Positions 18,583 to 27,416 of a DNA stretch of 46,239 bases are shown one piece after another. The DNA lies in IMG/VR virus record IMGVR_UViG_3300014656_000008, positions 1 through 46,239 of that record, one strand, 5' to 3'. The position numbers and the translations under genes were made by a program. Within the stretch, counting starts at the first letter, position 1. Every line of letters begins with the position of its first letter. The notes beneath the pieces were generated by a model that worked only from the letters and a program-made list of their open reading frames with translations, made no database searches and was not told the origin of the DNA. This DNA comes from a virus (taxonomy: Duplodnaviria; Caudoviricetes).

Positions 18583-18835
18583 CGCTACCTCCCTCCTGCT
18601 CGGCGGCCATCTGCTCCAGCCGCATTACCATCCCTTTGGCCGTAGCCTCATAAGGCGGCTCTTTGAGTCTCTGTATGGCCTCCCGCAGGGCGGACTTTCG
18701 CACCCAGTCGGCAAAGCTGTAGCACGAGTCGCAAAATGGCCCTTGCCCACCATCAAGATAAAGGGAACCATCGCCCATTCCTGCTTTACCTGTCGGCTGG
18801 TCACATTCACAACATCGCTCAATGCGTTCACCCAT
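18569..18835 (-). CDS. Small Zn-finger-like protein
   Basis: CxxCDQPTG...GPFCxxC; AAGGAGG RBS. Confidence 0.6.
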   Translation of the reverse strand: MGERIERCCECDQPTGKAGMGDGSLYLDGGQGPFCDSCYSFADWVRKSALREAIQRLKEPPYEATAKGMVMRLEQMAAEQEGGSDECE

Positions 18836-19685
18836 CGCTACCCTCCTTTCCGCCCCGGAGGGCGTCATGGGCAATTTCCGCTGGAGTCACCGGAAACCCT
18901 GAAGGCAAAGTCTCAATCTGCTCCAGCGCCTCCTGCAGCCGCTCGTTCTCGGCGCGGAGGCGATCACGATCATTCAACACATTTCCGATAATACGTGCTT
19001 TCGCCGGGTTCAGGTTCAAGGGGCGCTTTCCAAGTTTCACTTCATCCCAGAACCAATCTTGTCCGTGCTTTTCTTCATCACGGTAAATGGATAGCTCCAA
19101 TTCAGCATCGACATATTTGTGATGTAACTCGGCATACTTCTTGTCTGCGGCCTCCTGAATTTCTTGTGTTCTTGCTCGTAGCCGGTCCCGTTCGGCCTCG
19201 GCCTGCTCCAGCAACTCGGCATACTCCTTCGCCTCTGCGGGGAGGTCGGCGAGGACAGTGTGGACATCTGCCAACGGTCCCAGCATATCCTCGCCGTCAT
19301 CCAGAGCCTTGACGAGGCCCCGTGTTACATCCACCAGCGCCGCGATCTGCACATGGGCCTGCTGAAGCAACCCGTGCGCCCGTATATCCTCTTCCGACCA
19401 CTCCCGACGCACCCGGGTCAGTTCCGCCTCGGCCTGCTCCTTCGCGGCCAGCAGTTCCCGTGCCACAGCGGGGAGGTCGGAGAGCGGAAGACTGGAAAGC
19501 CCATAAAGCGTGTTGTCCTCCAAGCCAATAGCATGATCACGGATCTTCTCCAGCGCCTCCACCAGCACCGCGATCTGCGCCTCGGCAGCATGCAGGCGGG
19601 ACAGGATCGCCTGATAGTCCACACAGTTCTCAATAGAATGCCCGTGGTCATCGGTGAAATGATACCGCTCCAGTAGATCACACAT
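18828..19685 (-). CDS. Coiled-coil protein with internal duplication
   Basis: Repeated segments QIAxLV...DLPA...EQAEAE; GGAGG RBS. Confidence 0.65.
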   Translation of the reverse strand: MCDLLERYHFTDDHGHSIENCVDYQAILSRLHAAEAQIAVLVEALEKIRDHAIGLEDNTLYGLSSLPLSDLPAVARELLAAKEQAEAELTRVRREWSEEDIRAHGLLQQAHVQIAALVDVTRGLVKALDDGEDMLGPLADVHTVLADLPAEAKEYAELLEQAEAERDRLRARTQEIQEAADKKYAELHHKYVDAELELSIYRDEEKHGQDWFWDEVKLGKRPLNLNPAKARIIGNVLNDRDRLRAENERLQEALEQIETLPSGFPVTPAEIAHDALRGGKEGSDG

Positions 19686-19687
19686 CG

Positions 19688-19921
19688 CTATCGCCTCCCC
19701 TCATCATCTGCCCGGCCCGGGCATGACGGACCTCCATGTGCAGGACAGGCCAAGTATGGCACATATCCTGCATACTTTCCGGGGTGGTCGTCGGTGTCCT
19801 CCGGGGTCCCGTAAGCATTTTTATCACAGAATCCCGCCGGCACACCCATACACCACATTGGAACGGAACATTTGCCGTTCCCGTTCGTCAGGTGCTTGTG
19901 TTGCTCACCACATATTGCCAT
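19688..19921 (-). CDS. Small Cys-rich protein
   Basis: GKCSVPMW...GFC...LACPAHGGP; GGAGG RBS. Confidence 0.65.
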   Translation of the reverse strand: MAICGEQHKHLTNGNGKCSVPMWCMGVPAGFCDKNAYGTPEDTDDHPGKYAGYVPYLACPAHGGPSCPGRADDEGRR

Positions 19922-19948
19922 AGCAGCCTCCCCGCGCAAGTCTTGCGC

Positions 19949-20473
19949 CTACTCCTCCGTCACCCACCGGGGCACATTCATCTCCCGCCGACGCTTCAAC
20001 GTTAACCCCATACCCTCTTTTGTTGACTCCAAACCACCAAACCTCTGCATCAACCAACCGTATCGAGCCGCCCTGGGATTGTTGGGACGCCCCATCTTTG
20101 TCCGAAGTCCACTGATCTGAACGGCAACCTTGTCCCCATCAGCACAGTCGCAGGCAGAATACTTCGTGTAAACCTGCCCATTGCGCTCTGTCTCGTAGAA
20201 GATCCGCCCCCCTTCGCAGTGTTCGCAACCCTCACCGATGGACGACGTGACCTTGCTGCCCTGCCGCAATTCCATGGATGCCTTCAAAAGCTCCGCCGCC
20301 GAAGGCATACGCTCACAACGCCGACACGCCGACGCCACCACCTGAAGCCACTCAGACCGCTTCAAGTGCTTCAGGATACGAAAATACTCCGCACCCCGGT
20401 CAGTGGTCCAGCGACTCGGCGCGAACAGATTTACCAGCCTGGTCAGCCCTTCGCTCCATTCGCTCTCGTTCAT
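19949..20473 (-). CDS. Putative helicase loader/inhibitor (SPP1 G39P-like N-terminus plus Zn-binding domain)
   Basis: Follows the initiator; N-terminal helical domain ending MPSAAEL; CxxCxGG...CxC motif. Confidence 0.6.
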   Translation of the reverse strand: MNESEWSEGLTRLVNLFAPSRWTTDRGAEYFRILKHLKRSEWLQVVASACRRCERMPSAAELLKASMELRQGSKVTSSIGEGCEHCEGGRIFYETERNGQVYTKYSACDCADGDKVAVQISGLRTKMGRPNNPRAARYGWLMQRFGGLESTKEGMGLTLKRRREMNVPRWVTEE

Positions 20474-21251
20474 CCTCTTCCCTCACTCTCGCCAGCGCGG
20501 CAGATATAGCCTCTTGCTCATCGCCTTCGTGATTTAGGCGCTTACAGAGTTCCTTGCACTTGAACTGGAAGAACCAAGCAGCACCCTTAAATTTCTGCTT
20601 CTTGATAAACTCGTCGCCCCCATCCATCTCTTGAGCCCACAGATTCACGGCCCGCAATACCAGCTCCACTCCATCCACCTTAACCCTGGTGCTTATGAAC
20701 CACCGTGCTCTACCGACAGATGTGTCAGGGTCTATCTTCTGTTGATATGCTTCAAGCACCTTGGAAACGTCCGGGTTTGGACCCTTCTTCTTCTGATCTT
20801 TAGAAGAAGAAGTACCTTTCTTAGTTTCTTGTACTTCTGATGTTGTTACTTGCTGTGTTACTTGGGTGTTAGTTACTGTGTTACTTTGGTTTCTGGTGAC
20901 CGTCCAACTGTCATAATCTACAATAGTTAATAGCTGGCCCCGGTGTGTTACTTGCTGTGTTAGTAGTGTGTTAGTTACTGTGTTAGTTTTCGTAGTAGAA
21001 TCTTGACATATAAGACGGTCCATCAAGGACCTGATCGTTTGCAAAGAGAGGCCCGTTTCGTGAGCCAATCCCCTGTAACTCGTCAGGAGTTGTCCACGCT
21101 TCAGGTGGTCGTTGTCGGACCAGTTTGCCATATACAAGATCCGTGTCCAGATGGCCCATACTGCCGGTCGGAGCCGTAGCGCAAAAGAGCCAACAAGGTC
21201 GTCCATCATCTGCCTATTGATAACCAGGTATGGAGGCCCCATAGGGCTCAT
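20400..21251 (-). CDS. Replication initiator (lambda O/DnaD-like)
   Basis: wHTH motif LKRGQLLTSYRGLAHETGLS...LTIVDYD; low-complexity linker carrying iterons. Confidence 0.8.
   Translation of the reverse strand: MSPMGPPYLVINRQMMDDLVGSFALRLRPAVWAIWTRILYMANWSDNDHLKRGQLLTSYRGLAHETGLSLQTIRSLMDRLICQDSTTKTNTVTNTLLTQQVTHRGQLLTIVDYDSWTVTRNQSNTVTNTQVTQQVTTSEVQETKKGTSSSKDQKKKGPNPDVSKVLEAYQQKIDPDTSVGRARWFISTRVKVDGVELVLRAVNLWAQEMDGGDEFIKKQKFKGAAWFFQFKCKELCKRLNHEGDEQEAISAALARVREEDERERMERRADQAGKSVRAESLDH
20844..20990. repeat. Iterons, probable replication origin inside the initiator gene
   Basis: Two blocks of four TGTTA-core repeats spaced 12/11/12 bp; AT-rich flank at 20785-20840. Confidence 0.7.
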
Positions 21252-21393
21252 CGGAGAAAAGAAAAAGCGCCAGAGAGAGTATCCGCCTGGGAAGGTAGAC
21301 CGTCAACTCTGGCGCTTCTTGAGCGCAATATGTAACCGCGTCCCAGGCAGAATACTCCTGCCCTAAGATAAGCCCACATCGCGCCCGTGTCAA
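21252..21393 (-). promoter_or_regulatory. Promoter plus attenuator-like leader of the initiator gene
   Basis: TTGACA-17-TATCTT (21393-21365); terminator arms 21263-21275 and 21307-21319 with U tract; segment 21341-21357 complementary to loop segment 21277-21292. Confidence 0.7.
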
Positions 21394-21644
21394 GGGGAAT
21401 CATCGGTGCGCTCCTGGCGCAGAAGGAGCATTATACCCAGCAGAGACTCGCGATCCAGCCATAGTTCTTGTTTGTTGCCGGCATCTATGATATTTCCCTT
21501 CGTGCGATACTGGGTGGTGACCATGAGTTTGAGGCGATCCTCCCCGCCATCGTAGAGTTGGACTATTTCCCGACTTTCTATGCCGTCGCCGCAGTCCTGC
21601 CACGGCTGGTGATATTCGGCGATGCGCTCCATCACAGCCTTCAT
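21390..21644 (-). CDS. Hypothetical protein
   Basis: ORF in the operon; palindrome immediately upstream of the start. Confidence 0.5.
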   Translation of the reverse strand: MKAVMERIAEYHQPWQDCGDGIESREIVQLYDGGEDRLKLMVTTQYRTKGNIIDAGNKQELWLDRESLLGIMLLLRQERTDDSP

Positions 21645-21660
21645 GCGCAAGTCTTGCGCC

Positions 21661-21888
21661 TCACAACTTCCTCAGTTCCCGCTGTGCGTGTCTGAGTGCT
21701 TTGCGGGCGTGGTAGGTATTGTGCTCCAGCAGCAGGCGCTCCAGCATCGCGGCGACGGCCTTTGGGCTGAGCACTTTAGGGGGATTGATTTCGTCCCATC
21801 CATAACATCGTGGCCCGGCAAGCACACTACCGCAGATACACTGATACTGCCTGCAAGAGGAACAGATTGGATCTCCGGCTGCCATCAC
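21661..21888 (-). CDS. Small Cys-rich hypothetical protein
   Basis: CxxCxxxxCxC; GGAAGAGG RBS. Confidence 0.5.
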   Translation of the reverse strand: MMAAGDPICSSCRQYQCICGSVLAGPRCYGWDEINPPKVLSPKAVAAMLERLLLEHNTYHARKALRHAQRELRKL

Positions 21889-22175
21889 GTCGCCTCTTCC
21901 ATATCTGCGAGCAGGTCCGCGTCTTCAGGAATGTGCTCGTGGTCCTCTGCCAGGTCGCCATCATTCCAAGTGTCGTCAGTCCAGTTCGAGCTCCCGTAGT
22001 GATGCGACCAGACGTAATGACACTTTGGACACATTTTGGACCGGTGGAGTTTCCCGTCATCACTCCAGACGGAGATATGATAACGGCTGCCTTTCGGTAT
22101 AATTTCGAGGCAACCCGAGCACACATGCTCTTTCCGGGCCGTGCGCACAGCCTCCGTCAGCATCTCAGGTACCAT
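21885..22175 (-). CDS. Zn-ribbon protein (ARKEHxCxxC type)
   Basis: TARKEHVCSGCxxxIPKGSRY...CxxC, a common phage family; GAGGAGG RBS. Confidence 0.75.
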   Translation of the reverse strand: MVPEMLTEAVRTARKEHVCSGCLEIIPKGSRYHISVWSDDGKLHRSKMCPKCHYVWSHHYGSSNWTDDTWNDGDLAEDHEHIPEDADLLADMEEAT

Positions 22176-22276
22176 GCGTCCTCCTCATGCGCAAGCGCAT
22201 GAGCGTCACAGCGCCATCTCCGTCTGCTCGGCATCCCCGTGCCACAGGGAGCCCAGGTCCGTGCTCCAGTAGGGGG

Positions 22277-22921
22277 TCATCGCGTCTCTGAAGCGGCAAG
22301 ATACTCGGCCAGGCACTCGGTCTGCCACTTTCTCTCGGCGACGCCAAATGCGGCGGCCCATGCGGCGGCGTCGGCGGTCCATGCGACGGCTCGTGCGGCG
22401 GCCCATGCGGCGGCCCGTGCGGCGGCCCATGCGGCGGCCCGTGCGGCGGCCCGTGCGGCGGCCCGTGCGGCGTCAAATGCGGCGGCCAATTCCCCATCAG
22501 TTGCCTCTCCGTTTGCATATCGTCGCGCTACCGCAATGCAATCCCGTGGCCGCTTGTCGTCAGGGTGTTGCTTCTCGAACAGATGCAGCACGTGTTCTGC
22601 GCAGTCGCAGGCAAAAAGGCGCGCAGTCCGCTCGTTCCACGCTTCGATCCGCTTGATGAGACGGGCTTGGCGGACCACGATCTTGTCGGGGTGGTCTATG
22701 TAGTCTCCCTTTGCTTCGGCAATCCATATGGCTGGACCGAGCCAATTCACCAGATGCTCACGCTTACACAGATGGTAGCCATTCTTGCACGGCACCAGAT
22801 CCCCAATAATGGGCGGCATCCACTTGCCGGGGCGCTTGCCCTGCGGAAGATGCCAGGTCCCTTTGCCACCGTTGTGGGCTGAACTGTTTTCATTTAGCAC
22901 CTTGTACAGCACATTGCTCAT
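22277..22921 (-). CDS. Phage hypothetical protein with Imm5-like domain and Ala-rich AAAR/AAAW repeats
   Basis: CxNGYHLC, RLFACDCAEHVL...DKRPRxxIxxARxYA; 12-bp tandem repeats at about 22350-22490. Confidence 0.7.
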   Translation of the reverse strand: MSNVLYKVLNENSSAHNGGKGTWHLPQGKRPGKWMPPIIGDLVPCKNGYHLCKREHLVNWLGPAIWIAEAKGDYIDHPDKIVVRQARLIKRIEAWNERTARLFACDCAEHVLHLFEKQHPDDKRPRDCIAVARRYANGEATDGELAAAFDAARAAARAAARAAAWAAARAAAWAAARAVAWTADAAAWAAAFGVAERKWQTECLAEYLAASETR

Positions 22922-22970
22922 GACTATTCCTCCAGAAAGAGACTCCCTAGGTCCGTGCTCCAGTAGGGCA

Positions 22971-23279
22971 TTATCTCCTACTCCCCCTGTGATAGTTCCC
23001 ATGGCATCGCCTGCACATTAGCGTCACGTCCTTGTGGATGTCCTCGTGGAACAAAGTCAGATAGTGCCGGTGATGAGGACATAGCTTCTCCTTGCGGTCA
23101 CAGAGCACGCAGGACCCGTAGAGGGCAATGGTTACTTTCGTAAGTCTCTTGAAGTGCTCTGTCTTCTCGTACTTCGCCCGATCCTTGGCGTCCGGCCACC
23201 GCTTGGAACCCTTGCGGCCCAGAGACAGGAGGCGCAGGACAAGAGCAGCGTCCAGCCTCTGACTGAAAGGATCTGTCAT
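22971..23279 (-). CDS. HNH endonuclease
   Basis: CxxC...HHRHY...D...CxxCH. Confidence 0.75.
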   Translation of the reverse strand: MTDPFSQRLDAALVLRLLSLGRKGSKRWPDAKDRAKYEKTEHFKRLTKVTIALYGSCVLCDRKEKLCPHHRHYLTLFHEDIHKDVTLMCRRCHGNYHRGSRR

Positions 23280-24115
23280 GCGTAGGCCCTCAGCTTGCAC
23301 TCCAGCTTCTCCTTGCCGTGGTTAGCGATCTGCCGGACTCTCTCCCTGCTGATGCTATCCTCTTCCCCGAGCTCGCGCAAGCTCTTGCGCGGACCATCGA
23401 ATCCGAATATCCCCTTCACATACCGTGCCTCGCGCTCCGGCAGAGACTCTACCACGTCGCTGATGCGCTCACACAGGTCCTGCTCTGCTACGTCATCATC
23501 GGGCATAACGGCGTCTGGATCGAAGATGGTTTCATCCCATCGGATATCGTGATGTCCTCCGGGACTGGTTCTGCTGTGCTTAGGGTGATCAAGGCTCAGG
23601 TAGGATCTAAAGGCGCAGCACGCCCGAACCACTCGGGCCATAGGGATACCGGCAAGCTTTGATACTTCTACGAGCGAAGGTTCCGTCTCGTGTTCGGCAA
23701 AGTACTGGTTGCGGGTTTTGTAGATCTTGCCCATATCGTTCCTGACATTGGCGGGAACCTTGACGTTGTAATTGGTACCTATCGCGGTCTCTATGGACTG
23801 CCGTATCCAGTAGACGGCATAGCTGATGAACCTGATGCCTCTGTCCGGGTTGTAGCGTTTCACGGCTTCTACAAGCCCCACGTTGCCGTAGCCGATGCGA
23901 TCCTCCAAGGGCAGTCCGCATCGACGGTGGTAGGAGTGCGCCACCTGAACTACGAAGCGCAGATGGTGGGTGATGAACTTTTGCTCTCCCGGTGTCAGCT
24001 CGCGCTTGTGCCCCTTGGGGCGGTTGGCGAGCAGGGCTTTCTGCTGCTCGTCCGTCAGGTGCTCGTAGCCGCCTAGATCGGCGTAGTAGTCTTCAAGACT
24101 GCGGGGAAGTTGCAT
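23276..24115 (-). CDS. RNA polymerase sigma factor, RpoD/RpoS-like
   Basis: Region 2 HLRFVVQVA...GNVGLVEAVKRYNPDRGIRFISYAVYWIRQSI; region 4 SLRELG...ISRERVRQI. Confidence 0.92.
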   Translation of the reverse strand: MQLPRSLEDYYADLGGYEHLTDEQQKALLANRPKGHKRELTPGEQKFITHHLRFVVQVAHSYHRRCGLPLEDRIGYGNVGLVEAVKRYNPDRGIRFISYAVYWIRQSIETAIGTNYNVKVPANVRNDMGKIYKTRNQYFAEHETEPSLVEVSKLAGIPMARVVRACCAFRSYLSLDHPKHSRTSPGGHHDIRWDETIFDPDAVMPDDDVAEQDLCERISDVVESLPEREARYVKGIFGFDGPRKSLRELGEEDSISRERVRQIANHGKEKLECKLRAYA

Positions 24116-24444
24116 CACGTCCTCCTCATGCGCAAGCGCTTGCGCGTCAGCCTTATGTGGTGGTCTTCGGCGCCGAACCGTGCTTCCCACGCATCCAGCG
24201 CCATCTTCTCGATGCCCTCGTTGCCCTGGTGGTGCTCCCGGCACAGCGGAAAAGTCTCGGTGTCATCGGCGCGTTTCCCGAATGCCCGGTCGCGGCGCTT
24301 GTGGTGGACCTCCACTGGGCGCTTGCCGCAGACGGAGCACGGGAGACCTGCAACACGGGCGCGGTACTCCGGGTCAACCTTGCGCTTGCGGATGCGCGTC
24401 TTCGCCAGAGGTTTCAGGGTGCTCTCCAGCCTCGCCCGTTGCAC
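24115..24444 (-). CDS. DUF968/Ref-like His-Cys nuclease
   Basis: VAGLPCSVCG...EVHH...PLCREHH; start uncertain. Confidence 0.7.
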   Translation of the reverse strand: MQRARLESTLKPLAKTRIRKRKVDPEYRARVAGLPCSVCGKRPVEVHHKRRDRAFGKRADDTETFPLCREHHQGNEGIEKMALDAWEARFGAEDHHIRLTRKRLRMRRT

Positions 24445-24629
24445 TCCGCGCAGATCGTAGTTACCATCTTTCCGTACAAAGGTGGTCCACCGAGAAACCC
24501 CTGGCGTTCTCTCCTGCGCTCAACATTGTGTGGTTTCGGTTGCTTGTACGGCAGTTCCCACTCCCAGGAAACTGCCTGCTCATAACCTTTGCCGCTACAT
24601 CCTGAACATAACGATGGGGATGCCATCTT

Positions 24630-25151
24630 TTATCGTCCTCTCTCCGTTGTGGGATGCGCGTCGGGCTCAGAGGTCGCAAACTCCCGCCTTTCAGCGGTAA
24701 AGCCACAGTCCGGGCACGTGAGCAACTTCGGCGGATCGGGCTCCATAGATTGCGGCGTCCCCGTGTAGGCACCGCTCTTGCGCCGCTCCTCAACATCGTG
24801 GTATCCCAGGCTCTCGGCATCGGCCAGCACCTCCTCGACATTCTCCTCTGTTGCCACGGGGGCCAGCAGTTGCAGATTGCTCTTTGGCAGGTCCTTCAGC
24901 CGCTGGGGGTCCACGCCCAACTCCAGCACAAAACGTCTGGCGACCTGCATACACGCCTGCCGCCACCGCGACTTCAAGCCGAGCCCCCCGGATGGTATCG
25001 GTGCCGCGCAGTATGCTGCGAAGCTGTCGAAGTCGTGCTTGTCCCACCAGCCCTGGTTCTCGATGGCCAGCAGCGTCAGCCCCAGGTCGATGTAGTGCTC
25101 CTGCAGCGCATGGAGGTGCCCGAGAGCGGCTGCATGGGCGTCCAGCGCCAT
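24630..25151 (-). CDS. Hypothetical protein with C-terminal CPDCG Zn ribbon (start uncertain)
   Basis: LGxxLxxI...W...FDSFAAYC pattern seen in phage DNA-binding proteins. Confidence 0.55.
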   Translation of the reverse strand: MALDAHAAALGHLHALQEHYIDLGLTLLAIENQGWWDKHDFDSFAAYCAAPIPSGGLGLKSRWRQACMQVARRFVLELGVDPQRLKDLPKSNLQLLAPVATEENVEEVLADAESLGYHDVEERRKSGAYTGTPQSMEPDPPKLLTCPDCGFTAERREFATSEPDAHPTTERGR

Positions 25152-25183
25152 CTGGAGGTCCGTATCCGGGATAGGGCCGGTCT

Positions 25184-25423
25184 CTACTTCAGCAGAGATA
25201 GGATCTCCGGCAACGTGGGCATCGCCCTGAGCAAGCCCCATATGGCCTTCACGTGCTTGCAGTTCTCCTTCGTCCTGATGTCCGCGCATGAACACTCTCC
25301 TTCGTCGGGATAGACTTCGTAGGTCACAGCCTCCGGGGATGTGACAAGCCACGGGCCGTCCCCAGTAGGTGGCTGGAAGGTGTAGCCGTTGGGCTCGATC
25401 TTAGGGCGTTTTGGCTTGGACAT
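25184..25423 (-). CDS. SWIM zinc-finger protein
   Basis: YEV...CSCxD...CKH. Confidence 0.8.
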   Translation of the reverse strand: MSKPKRPKIEPNGYTFQPPTGDGPWLVTSPEAVTYEVYPDEGECSCADIRTKENCKHVKAIWGLLRAMPTLPEILSLLK

Positions 25424-26063
25424 CGGCGATTTCCTTCAGCTTAATCCACAGGTCCGTCACCTCGTCCTGGGCGATACCCAGACCTTGACGCTTGAGCTGG
25501 ATGAACAGCGTAGCCGCTATGGAGCACACCTGGTCCCCGCCGAAGACGATCTCGCCCCGACTGACAGGTAACATTTCGATATACCGCAGCATCAGGGCTG
25601 CCGACTCCAGGCACTTTGTCAGTATGGCCGCGTTAGAGGCCAATACGGGGCGGTAACTGGTTGTTATGGGTTCTGGGTCGGCTGGAGGGGGATCGTCGCT
25701 TGTGGGGCCTGTAGGTGGCGTCTGCGGCGATTCTGGGGCGTTCTCCGCGTCTTGCGTGGAGTACGTCTTGGCCCGCTGGTCCGTCGCCGTCCACCCCTTC
25801 TTGCCGTCCTGCAATTCCGTCTTGCAGATGCTCCACGTGGAGGTCGGTTTGGCACCGACGCGCTCCAGGAAGTCCTTGCAGTAGGGCGTGGCGAACCACA
25901 CGTAGTCCTCCTCGGGGCCGTTGCCTGCCTTGTGCTTGATATCGTAGAGGTAGGACGTGCCGTACTGCTCGTGGGTGAACTCCCTGGGCCCCGATATCAG
26001 GCGTATCGTCTCGGGAACATTGGTCCTGAACGTCCACTTGGGCTTGCGGTCTCTCTCAGCCAT
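25401..26063 (-). CDS. Hypothetical protein, possibly OB-fold ssDNA-binding
   Basis: AAGGAGG RBS; beta-rich N-domain, Pro-rich linker, helical C-domain. Confidence 0.5.
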   Translation of the reverse strand: MAERDRKPKWTFRTNVPETIRLISGPREFTHEQYGTSYLYDIKHKAGNGPEEDYVWFATPYCKDFLERVGAKPTSTWSICKTELQDGKKGWTATDQRAKTYSTQDAENAPESPQTPPTGPTSDDPPPADPEPITTSYRPVLASNAAILTKCLESAALMLRYIEMLPVSRGEIVFGGDQVCSIAATLFIQLKRQGLGIAQDEVTDLWIKLKEIADVQAKTP

Positions 26064-26083
26064 CGGTCTCCTCCTTGGCGTCC

Positions 26084-26311
26084 TTAGCGTCCTGAAGGTT
26101 GGGCATCGTCCGTCTCCTCTGATGGGTTGGGGAGGCCCGAACCGCTGACCAAGCGGCAAACCGCGTGAGGAGAATCACGCCGGGCCTCCCGGATCTTGTT
26201 CAAGCACTCTTTCCCCAACCACGCTTCGGCAGAGGCCTGGTAGTGCCACGGCTGGCGGGTCTGGAACTCGCCAGCGGGATCGCTATGTGCCCATTCGGGA
26301 CGGTAGGACAT
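26084..26311 (-). CDS. Hypothetical protein
   Basis: AAGGAG RBS before ATG 26311. Confidence 0.45.
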   Translation of the reverse strand: MSYRPEWAHSDPAGEFQTRQPWHYQASAEAWLGKECLNKIREARRDSPHAVCRLVSGSGLPNPSEETDDAQPSGR

Positions 26312-26348
26312 CGTGGTCTCCTTAGTGCAGAGGATGCTGGCCGTGGGT

Positions 26349-26660
26349 TCAGGTTTCGATCCTAACCGCAACCGCCTCGTCGGGATATGGGGGCTCTGTG
26401 GATAAGCGCATCGCCCAGTATCCGGGCCCGGGGCTGCGCCAGCAGTGGACTCGCGAGATACCAAGTTGCTGCAAGTGCTCCGAGAGGTATGAGGTGCTCA
26501 CGGTCGGCATCCCGCACCAGGTGGGCCCATCGCACATGCTAGCTCCGGCTTTTCGGAGGGCCTCCTGGACCGGTTGGGTCATCCTGTACGAGCCCATATT
26601 CCACTCATGTCCATGGCGTTGGGCCTCCTTGACCGCCTCGGCTATTGTCTGTGTGGTCAT
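26349..26660 (-). CDS. Hypothetical protein
   Basis: GGAGGAG RBS before ATG 26660. Confidence 0.6.
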   Translation of the reverse strand: MTTQTIAEAVKEAQRHGHEWNMGSYRMTQPVQEALRKAGASMCDGPTWCGMPTVSTSYLSEHLQQLGISRVHCWRSPGPGYWAMRLSTEPPYPDEAVAVRIET

Positions 26661-26697
26661 GATTCTCCTCCTGCAGCCGCTGGTCCGCGCCCCTGCT

Positions 26698-26792
26698 GTG
26701 CCCTCCGCTCGGCATACGCCAGCCAGCTCTACATCCCGAGGGCCTGTAGCACACCTCCATCGCGGAACCCCCACCAGCACTTCCAGCGGCTA
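26698..26792. repeat. 95-bp perfect direct repeat, copy 1
   Basis: Identical to 27119-27213. Confidence 0.95.
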
Positions 26793-27113
26793 CGAGACAA
26801 GCCGTGCTGTGGCTTAGTAGCCTGGCCGTCCCCCCACAGCCTCAGCTTTCGGGTCGTCTGGTTCCCCACCCGTTGGGTCTTCAGGGAAGCGGCAGGCCAA
26901 TATCCAAGCCCAGTGCTGTCCCATCTTCTTCCGACCGAGTTTCGCGTGAGCGGTGTCGCCGCCAGGCTCGTTGTGCCAGACTTGCGTCCGGTTTCGCTTT
27001 ACGCGTGCTCGCTCACGTTTCCCCGGTCGTCGGGCCGAGTGCTTTCTGTTACTCGGTTTACCCAAGTGTGGTCTGCCTCCTTGAACCCTACTCAACAGAG
27101 TCGGCTTGTCTCG
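26793..27113 (-). ncRNA. Candidate ~320-nt multi-stem structured RNA (domain A)
   Basis: 12-bp closing stem CGAGACAAGCCG/CGGCTTGTCTCG; nested stems cgaccggg/ctcggtcg, gtgagcg/cgctcac, ccggac-GCAA-gtctgg, ccgagt/actcgg, gctgtgg/ccacagc. Confidence 0.65.
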
Positions 27114-27118
27114 GTTCA

Positions 27119-27213
27119 GTGCCCTCCGCTCGGCATACGCCAGCCAGCTCTACATCCCGAGGGCCTGTAGCACACCTCCATCGCGGAACCCCCACCAGCA
27201 CTTCCAGCGGCTA
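27119..27213. repeat. 95-bp perfect direct repeat, copy 2
   Basis: Identical to 26698-26792. Confidence 0.95.
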
Positions 27214-27216
27214 TGT

Positions 27217-27416
27217 TTGGGCGATACGGCTTGACTTGGGGTTTCTTCGCGGTGTCCGTGTTCACCGATCAACCGGCGTTCTCACGCACGTCCCGCCCAC
27301 GCGGATAAATGATCGTCACCATCGGGCCTGCTTGCCACATTCTTTCCCACGTAGCCCTGCAGTTGGCTAAGGTACCCCGGATGGCAACTCCGTTCACGCC
27401 AAGCCCCATCGCCCAA
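27217..27416 (-). ncRNA. Candidate ~200-nt structured RNA (domain B)
   Basis: Closing stem 27217-27233/27400-27416 (15 of 17 pairs); inner gcgt-GAGA-acgc, tagcc/ggcta, ttgcca/tggcaa, cggtg/caccg. Confidence 0.55.

Noticed and set aside
22350-22490. 12-bp tandem repeats as a regulatory array, and the PPHG-repeat ORF 22165-22518
   Set aside because: Explained by the Ala-rich AAAR/AAAW coding repeat of gene 22277-22921.
26698-26792. Twister ribozyme or tRNA in the 95-nt repeat
   Set aside because: It ends in GCGGAGGG but lacks the twister L4 (UNNCAAGCC-like) loop; no TTC T-loop, anticodon arm or CCA end. No tRNA was recognised anywhere in the window.
26793-27113. RNase P RNA (ACAGAAA loop, CGGCUU near the 3' end)
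   Set aside because: The GAGGAAAGUCC element and P4 pairing are absent, and CGGCUU is used in the closing stem.
26698-27213. CRISPR or TIGR-like array, or diversity-generating retroelement TR/VR pair
   Set aside because: Only two 95-bp identical copies 326 nt apart; no short spacers, no adenine-specific mismatches, and no cas, Tas or reverse transcriptase gene recognised.
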